A stretch of 64,000 bases of DNA from a virus (IMGVR_UViG_3300044846_004119:96001-160000); one strand, 5' to 3'. Shown: positions 46,085 through 56,102, counted from the stretch's first letter. Notes: generated by a model not told the origin, from the letters alone. Made by a program: numbers and translations.

Positions 46085-47272
46085 ATGAATAAACGAGAAA
46101 TTCTTAACGATTTAATTAAAAAAATAATTTCATGTAATACTCAACATGAACTTAAAGAAATTGTTAAAGATATTAATGATTTTATTAATGATTATTCTAT
46201 TGTCAATAATTCTAATGAGTATAAGAGGCTCAAAAATGCCGTTGGAATTATGAGAATAAAACTAAAAAAAGATTTTAAGATTGATGAGTCAAAAACAATT
46301 CGTGTTACTGAGTTTGACTTAGTTAAAATTGTTAAATTAATTATTAAAGAACAACTTGAAGGTCAAGGAGAAAATCCTTTGTCGGAAAAAGAGATTAGGT
46401 TATTCAAATATCTTAATAAAAATAAACAAGATATGGGTAACCAATCTAAAATGTTAGCTTTTGTTAAAACCATGATGCCTTTTGTGGGGAGACCTGAATC
46501 TGATGCAAGATTCTATTACGAAATTTATACCGCGAACTACAGACCTGATGGTGATTACGAGAATTTAGATAAGACAACTTTCAGAAACTTCAAAGAGTTT
46601 AAACAAAGAAGAACGCCAAACAATAACGCGTACCAATTCAGTAGCGCTAAAATTCCTTTTAAAGGTTCTAATATTGAAGGGTATTGGGATGTTAATAGAA
46701 AAAATGAATGGTATTATGTTGTTAAGTCTTATGGTTGGTATCCAGTTTATTTATTCATTAACAATCAATGGTATGTAGTTAGTAATACCTATTCATCATC
46801 AACATCTAAACAAATGTCACACGCTAATCCTGTAAGATATAATTCAGGTTTAGATGCTAAAGTTATTAGTGTAACAAAGGAAGAAATCCAAAATCTTATT
46901 AACGGAAAAAGTTTAGATGATGTTAAATCCGAAAGAGTAACTAATTTTGGTGATAAATTTGCTAGTTCTTTAATTGGTACTAAAAAATTATTAACTATTG
47001 ATTTTGGATGGGGTGATAACAGAAAGAAAGTTAATTATACTATCACAGACGTTAAGAATGACGGTGGTAAAATTAAAATTGACATCACTATTAATAAAGC
47101 AGGTACCGTTGAAGGTACAAATAAGATGGTTGTTAATCCTGAAGGTTATGTACACCCAAGCCCTTTCTCAGAAGATTTGGAAAATGGTATTGAGTTAAAA
47201 ATAATTTCTGATAATAAAGATTATTTAACTGATGATAATACTGAGTTTACTTTTCATCACCCCTCAAAATAA
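46085..47272 (+). CDS. Hypothetical protein with internal copy of the shared tag
   Basis: KTIRVTEFDLVKIVKLIIKEQ, TATTTAT 4 nt before the ATG. Confidence 0.65.
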   Translation: MNKREILNDLIKKIISCNTQHELKEIVKDINDFINDYSIVNNSNEYKRLKNAVGIMRIKLKKDFKIDESKTIRVTEFDLVKIVKLIIKEQLEGQGENPLSEKEIRLFKYLNKNKQDMGNQSKMLAFVKTMMPFVGRPESDARFYYEIYTANYRPDGDYENLDKTTFRNFKEFKQRRTPNNNAYQFSSAKIPFKGSNIEGYWDVNRKNEWYYVVKSYGWYPVYLFINNQWYVVSNTYSSSTSKQMSHANPVRYNSGLDAKVISVTKEEIQNLINGKSLDDVKSERVTNFGDKFASSLIGTKKLLTIDFGWGDNRKKVNYTITDVKNDGGKIKIDITINKAGTVEGTNKMVVNPEGYVHPSPFSEDLENGIELKIISDNKDYLTDDNTEFTFHHPSK

Positions 47273-47275
47273 GGT

Positions 47276-47980
47276 TTAAAATTTTATTAAAAAATCTATT
47301 GAGATTGGTACTTCTTCTTCTCGATTCTCGGAAAAGTCTAAGGTAACATCCTTTGACTCATTATTAAAGATAAAACGACCTTGAGAACCTTCATTAATTT
47401 CCCATCCACCCATGTGTTTTTCTAATTGTTCGTAAATGAAATTAACAATTTTAACGTCTAAATTTATCCGGCCTTCAAAATCTCCGTATGCAAAGTCATT
47501 ACAGTCACCACTATCACCACCACCACTAAAATCAACATAACCTTCAGAAACATTTTTTTCGTGAAGTTGGTCAAATAAATTCACAATTGCTTCATACAAT
47601 TCATCACTATAATCTTCTTTAATTTCTTCTAATGTGGTTTCTGATTGAGATTCTAATGTTGTGTATTGCATTTCCCATACGTTTAAAAATAATATACGTT
47701 CTTTACAATCAATATTAATTCTAATTGTGCCTCTATACTCACAATCTGACATTACTTTGTAGACCTCATTTTTGTCTAAAATATGTTCTAAAGTGTCAGA
47801 TATTGCTTCATATAATTCTATTGTTGTTCCGTCGTCACTGTACGCACTGTCGTCCATGTAATCAAGGTGGCATTCTTCAGTATAAACGGTAATGTTAACC
47901 TCACTACTTCCATATGACATGCAATAATATGAAAATAGTTTAAGGGTTTTTAATTGTTCTTCAGTTACTTGAGGTGTCAT
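47276..47980 (-). CDS. DUF6878-like acidic protein
   Basis: VDFSGGGDSG and GWEINEGSQG.F.F motifs, tag-like VTEEQL N-terminus. Confidence 0.55.
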   Translation of the reverse strand: MTPQVTEEQLKTLKLFSYYCMSYGSSEVNITVYTEECHLDYMDDSAYSDDGTTIELYEAISDTLEHILDKNEVYKVMSDCEYRGTIRINIDCKERILFLNVWEMQYTTLESQSETTLEEIKEDYSDELYEAIVNLFDQLHEKNVSEGYVDFSGGGDSGDCNDFAYGDFEGRINLDVKIVNFIYEQLEKHMGGWEINEGSQGRFIFNNESKDVTLDFSENREEEVPISIDFLIKF

Positions 47981-48002
47981 ATTGTTTTTAACTATAAATA
48001 CT

Positions 48003-48350
48003 TTAATCTATGTTAATATCTAAAGTTCTCATCATCCACATAGGTCTTTCTTTAGATTCTAAAGCCATTATCCATTCTTTAGCACAAGGTAAATGGTTAT
48101 AACAATCTTCTCTAACATGTTGTTCACCAACATAACGAGTGTAAACAATCTTATCATCACTATTTACAAATGACATACCAAAAACCTTTTCCATTTCAAA
48201 AATACCCTCACTATGATGTCTAAACATTCTGTGATTAGAATGTCCATACCAAGCCTTGGTCTCGTCAAACCAATTGTGTATGTTTATGTATTCTTCCCAA
48301 GTTCCACCAAATTTTTTGGCCGATGATTTTGCGTGAATAATAGGGTGCAT
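48003..48350 (-). CDS. DUF6915-like His-rich protein
   Basis: HP..HA.SSAKKFGG, IH.WFD.TK, HR..RHH.EGIF, GEQHV.ED. Confidence 0.7.
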   Translation of the reverse strand: MHPIIHAKSSAKKFGGTWEEYINIHNWFDETKAWYGHSNHRMFRHHSEGIFEMEKVFGMSFVNSDDKIVYTRYVGEQHVREDCYNHLPCAKEWIMALESKERPMWMMRTLDINID

Positions 48351-48428
48351 AATGTTTTTAATGTAAATATAAGTATTTTGTTCACATGATAAATAAAAAA
48401 TATTTCTTAACCCAATATATTTATTAAT

Positions 48429-48866
48429 ATGGAAAATACATCATTCGGTAATGATTACCAATTTGGACATTGTCATTACTTTGCAAAATATCTAATAAAA
48501 GTATTCCAAGAGTTACTTCCTAATGAGGAAATTAATTACCATTTAATATTAGCTGAAAGACTTGATGATGATAATGAAAATATTGACGATGTGTTAGTCC
48601 ATGTTTATCTTAAAGTAGGTGACTATCTAATTGATTCTGAAGGTGTACATTCTATTGATATTGCTTCAGAAAGAGAAAAAGAATGGGCCGACAGAGAAAT
48701 GGATTTAACCCCTGATGGGTATGACTTCTCAACTTGGGAAGAAAGTAGAGATGAGATTCCTGAAATGTTCTTCAATAGATTCTGTTCAACCAAAAAATTA
48801 AAACAAGATGTAATTGATTTTGTTAAAAGACAAGATGTTCAAGAAGTTATTCAAAAATTAAAATAA
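48429..48866 (+). CDS. Hypothetical protein with possible Cys-His-Asp triad
   Basis: GHCHYFA..L, VHVY, LIDSEG. TATTTAT 4 nt before the ATG. Confidence 0.55.
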   Translation: MENTSFGNDYQFGHCHYFAKYLIKVFQELLPNEEINYHLILAERLDDDNENIDDVLVHVYLKVGDYLIDSEGVHSIDIASEREKEWADREMDLTPDGYDFSTWEESRDEIPEMFFNRFCSTKKLKQDVIDFVKRQDVQEVIQKLK

Positions 48867-48878
48867 ATTTACTACATT

Positions 48879-49448
48879 ATGAAACTTAAAATAACAGAAC
48901 AACAATTACACAGTATCAACGAATTCCTTGCCGAAAAGAAAGCTTTCTTTAAATATTGGGATAGATTTGGTGGTAAAATTGATGATAACTTTTATAAGTT
49001 ATTTGGTTTTGACGGTACTCGATTACCTGAGTTAATTGTTGGTAAAACTAAAATTAGGTATTACGATGTTTTAGGTTTTTTAAGAGAGTGGTTAGGTGAG
49101 TCTAAATCAATTGAAATGACTGAAGAATTGTTAAAAGGCACCCACCATGTTGTTGGGCCTATTTATGGTGGTTATGATTACAAATTTACTGTATCTGAAG
49201 TACAAGAAAAAAATTCAACCCAATTTACAACTACAGTACTTATTGATGATGTTAATGGTGAGGTGACTTTATTTCAGAATGAAGAACTTTATAAATTAAT
49301 TGACGCGAGAAATGAAGAAAATTTTGGATGGGAGATTGAAAATGAAATTCAAGACTGTACTGATGAATACCTTTCAAAAGAAATAACTAGCCGTACGGGA
49401 ATTGTAATTGTGTTTAATGATATTGATTTCACAAGTGGTGAAAAATAA
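48879..49448 (+). CDS. Tagged hypothetical protein
   Basis: MKLKITEQQLHSINEFLAE. Confidence 0.65.
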   Translation: MKLKITEQQLHSINEFLAEKKAFFKYWDRFGGKIDDNFYKLFGFDGTRLPELIVGKTKIRYYDVLGFLREWLGESKSIEMTEELLKGTHHVVGPIYGGYDYKFTVSEVQEKNSTQFTTTVLIDDVNGEVTLFQNEELYKLIDARNEENFGWEIENEIQDCTDEYLSKEITSRTGIVIVFNDIDFTSGEK

Positions 49449-49838
49449 TTATCTTTTTTGTCTTTGTTCCCAATCTGTTTTACCTGTACTTCCAGGTTTC
49501 ATTTGACTTAATCTATGTTCCCAATCAAAAATTGAAATACCTTTTCCATCGTAAATAATTACTTGATAATCATAACTTTTAAGCGGTAAATGTTCAAAAG
49601 GAATTAATTTTGAAACGACATTCATTATTTGATGGTCAATCAACCAAAGAACGTCAATGTCATCCTCTACCTCTTCTATGGTTATATCTTCATCTTTCAT
49701 ATAAATTTTATAGATAAGATATGGCTGACGCACCCCATGTATAGACACATCAATATGGTCAACATTGGGGTACGTCGATAGTATAAGACCTGAATTAACA
49801 ATCTTGTTTAACGCTTGTATTTCTTGGTCTTGAGTCAT
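49449..49838 (-). CDS. Hypothetical protein
   Basis: 129-aa ORF coupled to the upstream gene. Confidence 0.55.
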   Translation of the reverse strand: MTQDQEIQALNKIVNSGLILSTYPNVDHIDVSIHGVRQPYLIYKIYMKDEDITIEEVEDDIDVLWLIDHQIMNVVSKLIPFEHLPLKSYDYQVIIYDGKGISIFDWEHRLSQMKPGSTGKTDWEQRQKR

Positions 49839-50434
49839 TATTTAATATCGTTACTTCCGATTAAAGTATAACTGAATGAGTTACCATGGATGTTTTTAGA
49901 CTTTCTACAGATTGACATGAATTCCTCAAAATCCGCAGCTTTCTTAAATACTTGACAACCTTCAGACCAATTCTCTACGTAAGTTGAGTCAGCACCCGCT
50001 TTATGAATATTAATACCGTAAACACCTTCAGTTATTTTTGTTTCATCATATTTCATATCACGATTTGCATCACGATAAACCTTAACATTCTTTGCTTGAC
50101 CTAACGCTTCATATTTACCTTGGTGTAATCTAATAGTGTGGGAACCACGATATTGGCCCTCAACTAAACGAGCAACACCCGCAGCGTTATGATATTCCAT
50201 AACACCTTTTTTACCTGGGTCAGTAGTTGCTGGCCAAATATGGAATTTCCATTCACCATTTTCTTTGTATGATAATGTAATATAATCATCAAATACATTG
50301 GTAACTTTATCACCTGTAGAATCATTTCTAACTCCCACAATGTTCACATCAAAACCTTTGTTGTTTGCATCCTCAAACCATACGTGACCTTTACTTTTAA
50401 CCGCCGATTCAATTTGCTCTCTTTTGTAAGACAT
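49838..50434 (-). CDS. YkuD/L,D-transpeptidase-like putative peptidoglycan hydrolase
   Basis: NIVGVR, ATTDPG, GINIH.AG and WSEGCQV (His...S-x-G-C). Confidence 0.6.
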   Translation of the reverse strand: MSYKREQIESAVKSKGHVWFEDANNKGFDVNIVGVRNDSTGDKVTNVFDDYITLSYKENGEWKFHIWPATTDPGKKGVMEYHNAAGVARLVEGQYRGSHTIRLHQGKYEALGQAKNVKVYRDANRDMKYDETKITEGVYGINIHKAGADSTYVENWSEGCQVFKKAADFEEFMSICRKSKNIHGNSFSYTLIGSNDIK

Positions 50435-50545
50435 AATTTAATTTTTAATTGTTTATTTATTAAATAAATATGAGGTTAACATTTAATCTGCGGTTTTGAA
50501 GTTAAATAATAATATAAACTATTATGGGATATATTTATATTATAG

Positions 50546-51280
50546 ATGAAAAAAAATTTGTATATCTCTGAGGTTGAGAAGGTGGTAAAACAAATATTAC
50601 CTAAATTTATTGATAGGTTTAAATCTCAACACAATTTTGAATTACCTAAATTTGTGATTGACATTAGTGGGTACCCAAACAATATGTGGAATCGGAGAGG
50701 TGAGTATGAACCTATTAGTTTTAATACAATAGTTGCTAAAGTCAAAGTTGATGTTAAAGATGGTCGTTTAGGTAGATTAAAGAAACTATTAAAAATTGTA
50801 ATAGAACAATCTCTTAGTAGTTTAGGGTATAATTACGGTGAGGTTTATATTGAGTTTGATAAAGAGTCAATCCAAGAACAAACAAACTCGGTTGATAGAT
50901 TTAAAAGTATTATAACTAAGTTGATTAGCGATAAACCTACACATCAAGGGTCATACACAATGCCTTATACTGATAATGATGATATGGTTGATTGGCACGT
51001 TGAGTACGTGGTGAAAAATGTTGAATTATGGAAACCAAATGAACGTGAACTTAGTTTATGTGAACAAGATACTTTATATACTGGTACTGTATATATTAAC
51101 GTAAATAGAATCTTAGTTGGGTTTGAAGAAACTGACGAATGGGAAAGAGGTCATGGTGAAGATGATTTACCTAGTTGGTGTTGGGACGATGTTCAAGAAA
51201 ATGTTATGAATACTATTGAACAAATGTTACCGCAAATATGTATTGATGTAGATTTAAGTTTTAAAGTTAATTATGAGTAA
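50546..51280 (+). CDS. Two-domain hypothetical protein
   Basis: 244-aa ORF, YISE leader, internal IQEQ, TATTTAT upstream. Confidence 0.6.
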   Translation: MKKNLYISEVEKVVKQILPKFIDRFKSQHNFELPKFVIDISGYPNNMWNRRGEYEPISFNTIVAKVKVDVKDGRLGRLKKLLKIVIEQSLSSLGYNYGEVYIEFDKESIQEQTNSVDRFKSIITKLISDKPTHQGSYTMPYTDNDDMVDWHVEYVVKNVELWKPNERELSLCEQDTLYTGTVYINVNRILVGFEETDEWERGHGEDDLPSWCWDDVQENVMNTIEQMLPQICIDVDLSFKVNYE

Positions 51281-51767
51281 AGAAAAAAAAATATACGAAT
51301 TAATAGAAAATCTTGGGTTAACTAACGCATCTAATATATTGGGGTTACCAAAATATGAATTAGTTAGGATTGCAAATTACCCTATTAATTATGAAACCGC
51401 AAATATGTTACTTTTTGATTTGAATAGAGATAATTTATTACCTACTGTTTATAAAGATTGTGAGATAAGTGTTAGTAATTGGGATGGTATATTTTATTGG
51501 GAGTATAAAGGACCTGACGATGAAAAAATGTTAACCATGGCGACACCATTTTGGGATGGTAATAACATCACACCCGTTGAATCAATAGAATATAAAATCA
51601 ACGGGTTTACAATTGATGAGGGTTTTTATATCGAATTAAAAAGCCAAATAGAATTTGATGGTATTGAAGATTTATTAACTTGGTATAAACACTTTTATTT
51701 GCCAAAAGTTTATAATCTGATATTAAGTAATTTAGAAAGATTTAGAGATAATGCAACGTTCTATTAG
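51273..51767 (+). CDS. Hypothetical protein
   Basis: 164-aa coupled ORF. Confidence 0.6.
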   Translation: MSKEKKIYELIENLGLTNASNILGLPKYELVRIANYPINYETANMLLFDLNRDNLLPTVYKDCEISVSNWDGIFYWEYKGPDDEKMLTMATPFWDGNNITPVESIEYKINGFTIDEGFYIELKSQIEFDGIEDLLTWYKHFYLPKVYNLILSNLERFRDNATFY

Positions 51768-52622
51768 TTAAACATAAAGACCTATAACCCTTAATGCACC
51801 TGAAAGATTTTGTAATTCAATCATTGGTTTTAAATCTACAGTAATAAATACTGTTGTATTATCTTCCAAATCAAGAAGACCATGGTCATCAGACTCATCA
51901 ACCCATTCTTTATTAAAGAATACTAATGATTGAGAGTTATCTATTAATTTAAGATAGGTTTCGTTATTAATTACTTTAGGTTGTTCCATAGTTTCAAACA
52001 AATCTCTAAATTTACTATTCCAAGATAATACAAAGAAATATTCTAATTTAAGTGAATCGTTAGTCGCAATATCACCATTACCATCACAATTATAACAATC
52101 AACACTACCAGTGGAATCACATGAGTTACATTCAATATCCCCATCACCACCACATTCATCACAATACACTTGTCCGCCACCTTGACACTTACCACAATCT
52201 TTACCTTCCGAATCTTCATCTTCACCTGAACCCTCACAATCAATACACGTAACTTCACCTGAACCATCGCACAAATCGCATCTTAAATACGAATCTCCCA
52301 TACAATCTTCACAACCATTTTGGCCAGCACCGTCACAGGAAGGACACTCAACATTTGGGTCATGTTCTAATATAGTTGCAATTGATACCCCAAATAAATT
52401 GGATTTCATAATATCATAAGCAACGTTAATATCTCTACCTTTTTTTTCTTGAGGTATAAGAAAACACATATATGCTAAATCTTCACCAGATATCCTATCA
52501 CCAAATAATTCTGTAATAAACTTATTTTCTCTTAATGTACCTAATACATTACCAGGATGTAAACCATTTTTATATTGTATTGATAATTTTTTAACTAATG
52601 ACAGTAATTGTTCTTTTTTCAT
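51768..52622 (-). CDS. Protein with expanded DnaJ-type CxxCxGxG zinc-finger array
   Basis: CPSCDGAG, CEDCMGDS, CDLCDGSG, CIDCEGSG, CGKCQGGG, CDECGGDG, CNSCDSTG, CYNCDGNG. Confidence 0.7.
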   Translation of the reverse strand: MKKEQLLSLVKKLSIQYKNGLHPGNVLGTLRENKFITELFGDRISGEDLAYMCFLIPQEKKGRDINVAYDIMKSNLFGVSIATILEHDPNVECPSCDGAGQNGCEDCMGDSYLRCDLCDGSGEVTCIDCEGSGEDEDSEGKDCGKCQGGGQVYCDECGGDGDIECNSCDSTGSVDCYNCDGNGDIATNDSLKLEYFFVLSWNSKFRDLFETMEQPKVINNETYLKLIDNSQSLVFFNKEWVDESDDHGLLDLEDNTTVFITVDLKPMIELQNLSGALRVIGLYV

Positions 52623-52623
52623 T

Positions 52624-53112
52624 TTAACTAATTTTTCTTACTGAACTATAGTCATAACTAACATCTGTTGTTTCACCATCGTAATAGTCTTCATCAATCA
52701 TATCACCATCGTAATAATCAAATACCCCTTCGCCTTCAGCCATTCTACTTGTTGGAATAACTAAGTTTGCATCATAAGAACTCATTTCATGGCGATATGT
52801 TCTTGTAACATGCTCCGTTCTATCTTCAGAAATTTCAAACTTATAGACACCAACTGACGGTCTTTTAATTTCACCATTTGGTTTTTGTGTTGAAAAATCA
52901 TAATTTGTATTTAGGTGTAATGTTGCGACAATATAATTTTCGTCAATTGGAAAATTTAAATCCAACCCAACAATTTTTGCTGCGTGGTCACAATTATTTG
53001 ATAAACCATAATCTTCCATATCAGGCGTTGAATCATTAGATTTTGATATAAAACTTTTAAGTAAGTAAAATAATTGTTTATTACCAATGTTTTCTAATTT
53101 TGACTTTTCCAT
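52624..53112 (-). CDS. Hypothetical protein
   Basis: 162-aa ORF, TATTTAT 5 nt before the ATG. Confidence 0.6.
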   Translation of the reverse strand: MEKSKLENIGNKQLFYLLKSFISKSNDSTPDMEDYGLSNNCDHAAKIVGLDLNFPIDENYIVATLHLNTNYDFSTQKPNGEIKRPSVGVYKFEISEDRTEHVTRTYRHEMSSYDANLVIPTSRMAEGEGVFDYYDGDMIDEDYYDGETTDVSYDYSSVRKIS

Positions 53113-53140
53113 ATTTTATAAATATAATAATATAATAAAA

Positions 53141-53533
53141 TTAATTTTCAGCAATACTAACCGCATTTAAATCATAACGTTTGTTTAACCACTCAAGAAC
53201 TAATTGAGGTGCATATAAATCACCAAACAAATCAACTATTTTTTGGTAGAGATAAGTATCTATCTCAATTAAAGGGTATGTTGATAACACATAAGGGGTC
53301 GTAATGTTATGATATTCTTCATAATCTTCTGAGGTTCCAAAATAGGTAAATACAAATTCATAGTCAGAATCCATATCCATATCCTCACCATCGTTAGGGT
53401 ATTCGTAAAAAAACTCTCTAACACTATTACCATAACCTGTTCTATGCTCATTAGCATATTTTAATTCATCCTGTGAATCCAAGTACTTGAACAGTAGTTT
53501 TTTAAATTTATCCTTATTTATTTTAATGTCCAT
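53141..53533 (-). CDS. Hypothetical protein
   Basis: 130-aa ORF, TATTTAA variant upstream. Confidence 0.6.
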   Translation of the reverse strand: MDIKINKDKFKKLLFKYLDSQDELKYANEHRTGYGNSVREFFYEYPNDGEDMDMDSDYEFVFTYFGTSEDYEEYHNITTPYVLSTYPLIEIDTYLYQKIVDLFGDLYAPQLVLEWLNKRYDLNAVSIAEN

Positions 53534-53637
53534 ATTGTTAAATACTTTTAAACTGTTGTTTTACCCCAATAATTTTTATATATTTGTAATATAAAAATAG
53601 AATAAAAAAACACATTATTTAAACAATATAAAAAAAT

Positions 53638-53859
53638 ATGCAAACACTCACATTCAACACAACATTTAAAAAAGTAGTTTTATTATCAGGTTCAAGAGAA
53701 GATTCAAAAGTTTTAGAAACATTTGACAATGTTTCAACTGTAAAATGTTCTGAATTAGGATTTTACGAAATTATGCAGAAATTAGAAACTGATTCGATTT
53801 CGGCAATTCCTGTGATGAGACTACCTATTACAAGCACAAATATGATTATTATTAAGTAA
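53638..53859 (+). CDS. Hypothetical protein
   Basis: 73-aa ORF, TATATTTG at 53579-86. Confidence 0.6.
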   Translation: MQTLTFNTTFKKVVLLSGSREDSKVLETFDNVSTVKCSELGFYEIMQKLETDSISAIPVMRLPITSTNMIIIK

Positions 53860-53871
53860 AAAACTAAAAAT

Positions 53872-54090
53872 ATGACTGAAGAAGAATTTGAAAATTGGAA
53901 ATCGGTTGATTACCGAATGAGAGAAGAAGGAATTGATTATTGTTTTGAGCATTATAGTCGATTCGAAGAAATCAAAGATGAAGAATTCCACAAATTAAGA
54001 TTGGAGTTTTTATCTAGTATGCACAAAATACGTGAATACGTTAAAAACACAATAGAAAGTTACGAAGAGGAAGACACAAATATGTTGTAA
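53872..54090 (+). CDS. Hypothetical acidic small protein
   Basis: 72-aa ORF in operon. Confidence 0.55.
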   Translation: MTEEEFENWKSVDYRMREEGIDYCFEHYSRFEEIKDEEFHKLRLEFLSSMHKIREYVKNTIESYEEEDTNML

Positions 54091-54093
54091 TAC

Positions 54094-54130
54094 TTTTGAG
54101 AGGGACATCAATATCCCCCTCAAAATTTTT
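54094..54130. terminator. Hairpin terminator between convergent genes
   Basis: TTTTGAGAGGGA/TCCCCCTCAAAA stem with one mismatch, plus T run. Confidence 0.65.
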
Positions 54131-54154
54131 TATAATGTTTTTTGGGGTAAAGGA

Positions 54155-54532
54155 TTACCAAGTTTTACACGCCCAATATCTTGCTTTCCATCTTGGACCT
54201 GGTGTCTCACAATGATGACGAGCTCTAAATGATTTTCTTCTTGCTGGGTTATTCTTTTTTATCACCATTCTTTTTCCTTTAGCGGATTTACCGCCAAATC
54301 CAAAGTTTACTTTAACAACATTACCTTTGTCGTTTTTAACGTAAACTTTAGATTTCTTTACATCACCTTGCATTATCTTACCTAATTGAACTTTACGTCC
54401 TTGGTATTCTGCTTCCGTTAATAAGTCAGTAACTTTAAATTCAGTCTCCTCGACTGACCCATAAAAACTATCAACCATTTCTTTTAGGTTAAACAGTTTA
54501 TTGTATTGTGATTCTGTGATTATGAATTTCAT
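54155..54532 (-). CDS. Tagged, highly basic protein
   Basis: MKFIITESQY tag, LLTEAEYQGRKV, RRKSFRARHHC...ARYWAC.TW. Confidence 0.7.
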   Translation of the reverse strand: MKFIITESQYNKLFNLKEMVDSFYGSVEETEFKVTDLLTEAEYQGRKVQLGKIMQGDVKKSKVYVKNDKGNVVKVNFGFGGKSAKGKRMVIKKNNPARRKSFRARHHCETPGPRWKARYWACKTW

Positions 54533-54885
54533 TTTTTTTCGTAGTGTGTCATTGTTGGTTTATTACCTTTCCCTATTTTAGGGTCTTTCTTTTCAGCTCT
54601 TCTCTTTTGTTGAGTCATTGCTTTTTTTTCATCTTTATCGTATGATGAAGCAATCTTTGGTGTTTCAGATGAAACTTTTTTTGAGGGGCGACATTTTGGA
54701 TATGATTTTCCGTCGGCATCCTTTCTTCCACAAGGTGGATGTTTTCCGTCAACTTTTTTACTTACATCAACCCACTTCTCTTTAAACCAGTTTCTTAAAT
54801 CTTCATTAACATTTTTGTTTTTTTCAGAAGTGGTTAAACCGTTAAGTAGTTTTTTGTATTGAGATTCTGTTAAAATAATTTTCAT
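54529..54885 (-). CDS. Tagged, highly basic protein
   Basis: MKIILTESQY tag, EDLRNWFKEKWVD, PPCGR, YPKCRP. Confidence 0.7.
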   Translation of the reverse strand: MKIILTESQYKKLLNGLTTSEKNKNVNEDLRNWFKEKWVDVSKKVDGKHPPCGRKDADGKSYPKCRPSKKVSSETPKIASSYDKDEKKAMTQQKRRAEKKDPKIGKGNKPTMTHYEKK

Positions 54886-54927
54886 ATTAATAAATATATG
54901 AATATTTATAAATCAAACAATATAAGC

Positions 54928-56055
54928 ATGAGTAATCAAAAAGCATCGGAGATTTTAAATAGATTTAACGATGGTGAGTGGGATGAGTTACAACCATATT
55001 TTAATAATATAATAACTTTTTTTAAATTTGTTAAAAAATATGGACTTTTAGAAGAGATAGATTTAGGGGAGATTCCTTCTGGTTATTTTAGTAATGAAGT
55101 GTTTGATTATTTGGTTGAAAATGGTATAATGTCTAATTTAGATTATGATTCTGTTCCTGAAGAATTTAAAAACAATTATCTAATACATGGTTTAGAACAT
55201 AACTACGAAAATACTATTAAGTATATTACAAACGACCTTTTAACCGATGTTAAAATTAGACCTGATGGGTTCTATCTATATTTAGGTAATGATAGAGATG
55301 ATTTAGCTTCTTTTTTCTGTGGTTCCTCCCGTCGTGACGTTTCTTCTGAAGATGTTGCAAAACAAATATTTAGTGAAGATGGTTTAGGTCACGATTGGTA
55401 TTTTGATGTTGATACAAAACCATCTGATGTTATTGACGATTTAGACGAAAAAAATACCACCCATTTAAAAGATGTTATTTTTAAAGAAATTGGAGATAAA
55501 GAATTATCTTTAGAAGATTATGATTCTGATTTTTTTGAAAGTTTATCAGAAGAACAGGGGACTGAAGGTTATTTTAGAATTAGGCCTGAAGACTTAAATG
55601 AATTAATTAAAGATTCCGAAGCAATAGATGAACTATGTAAAAATGACTTAAGTGAGTTAGGTCAAGAATTACAAAGTGTTTATTGGAATGCTTATAATTC
55701 TGCATATGAAGATGAAATATATGAATTAGTATATGGTGGTTTAGATGAATACTTTGAAGGAAAAATTGATGAAGTCCCAAAAGAAACTACCAAATCGGAT
55801 GGTAAAAAAGTAACCACATACTTAAATTATATTAAAATTAGAGATTTTGTTGGAAACATCACTTTATTTTTAGAAAACAATAAAGGTCAATCATATTCCG
55901 ATTCATATTTAGACTATTTTGGTAGTTATACTACTTTGATGAAACAACTAATCGACGATGGTGATTTTGACTGTATAGATTTTAGAACTCCTGATTATCC
56001 AGATTGGTCTGATATTAAAAAAAATATAAACGAAATGTTTGATGAATATATTTAA
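54928..56055 (+). CDS. Large acidic hypothetical protein
   Basis: D/E-rich. ATG 54928 follows TATTTAT (54903-09), track start 54898. Confidence 0.65.
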   Translation: MSNQKASEILNRFNDGEWDELQPYFNNIITFFKFVKKYGLLEEIDLGEIPSGYFSNEVFDYLVENGIMSNLDYDSVPEEFKNNYLIHGLEHNYENTIKYITNDLLTDVKIRPDGFYLYLGNDRDDLASFFCGSSRRDVSSEDVAKQIFSEDGLGHDWYFDVDTKPSDVIDDLDEKNTTHLKDVIFKEIGDKELSLEDYDSDFFESLSEEQGTEGYFRIRPEDLNELIKDSEAIDELCKNDLSELGQELQSVYWNAYNSAYEDEIYELVYGGLDEYFEGKIDEVPKETTKSDGKKVTTYLNYIKIRDFVGNITLFLENNKGQSYSDSYLDYFGSYTTLMKQLIDDGDFDCIDFRTPDYPDWSDIKKNINEMFDEYI

Positions 56056-56102
56056 TTGACAATTTAAATTTTAATTACTATTTTTATTTTAAAATTAATA
56101 AA

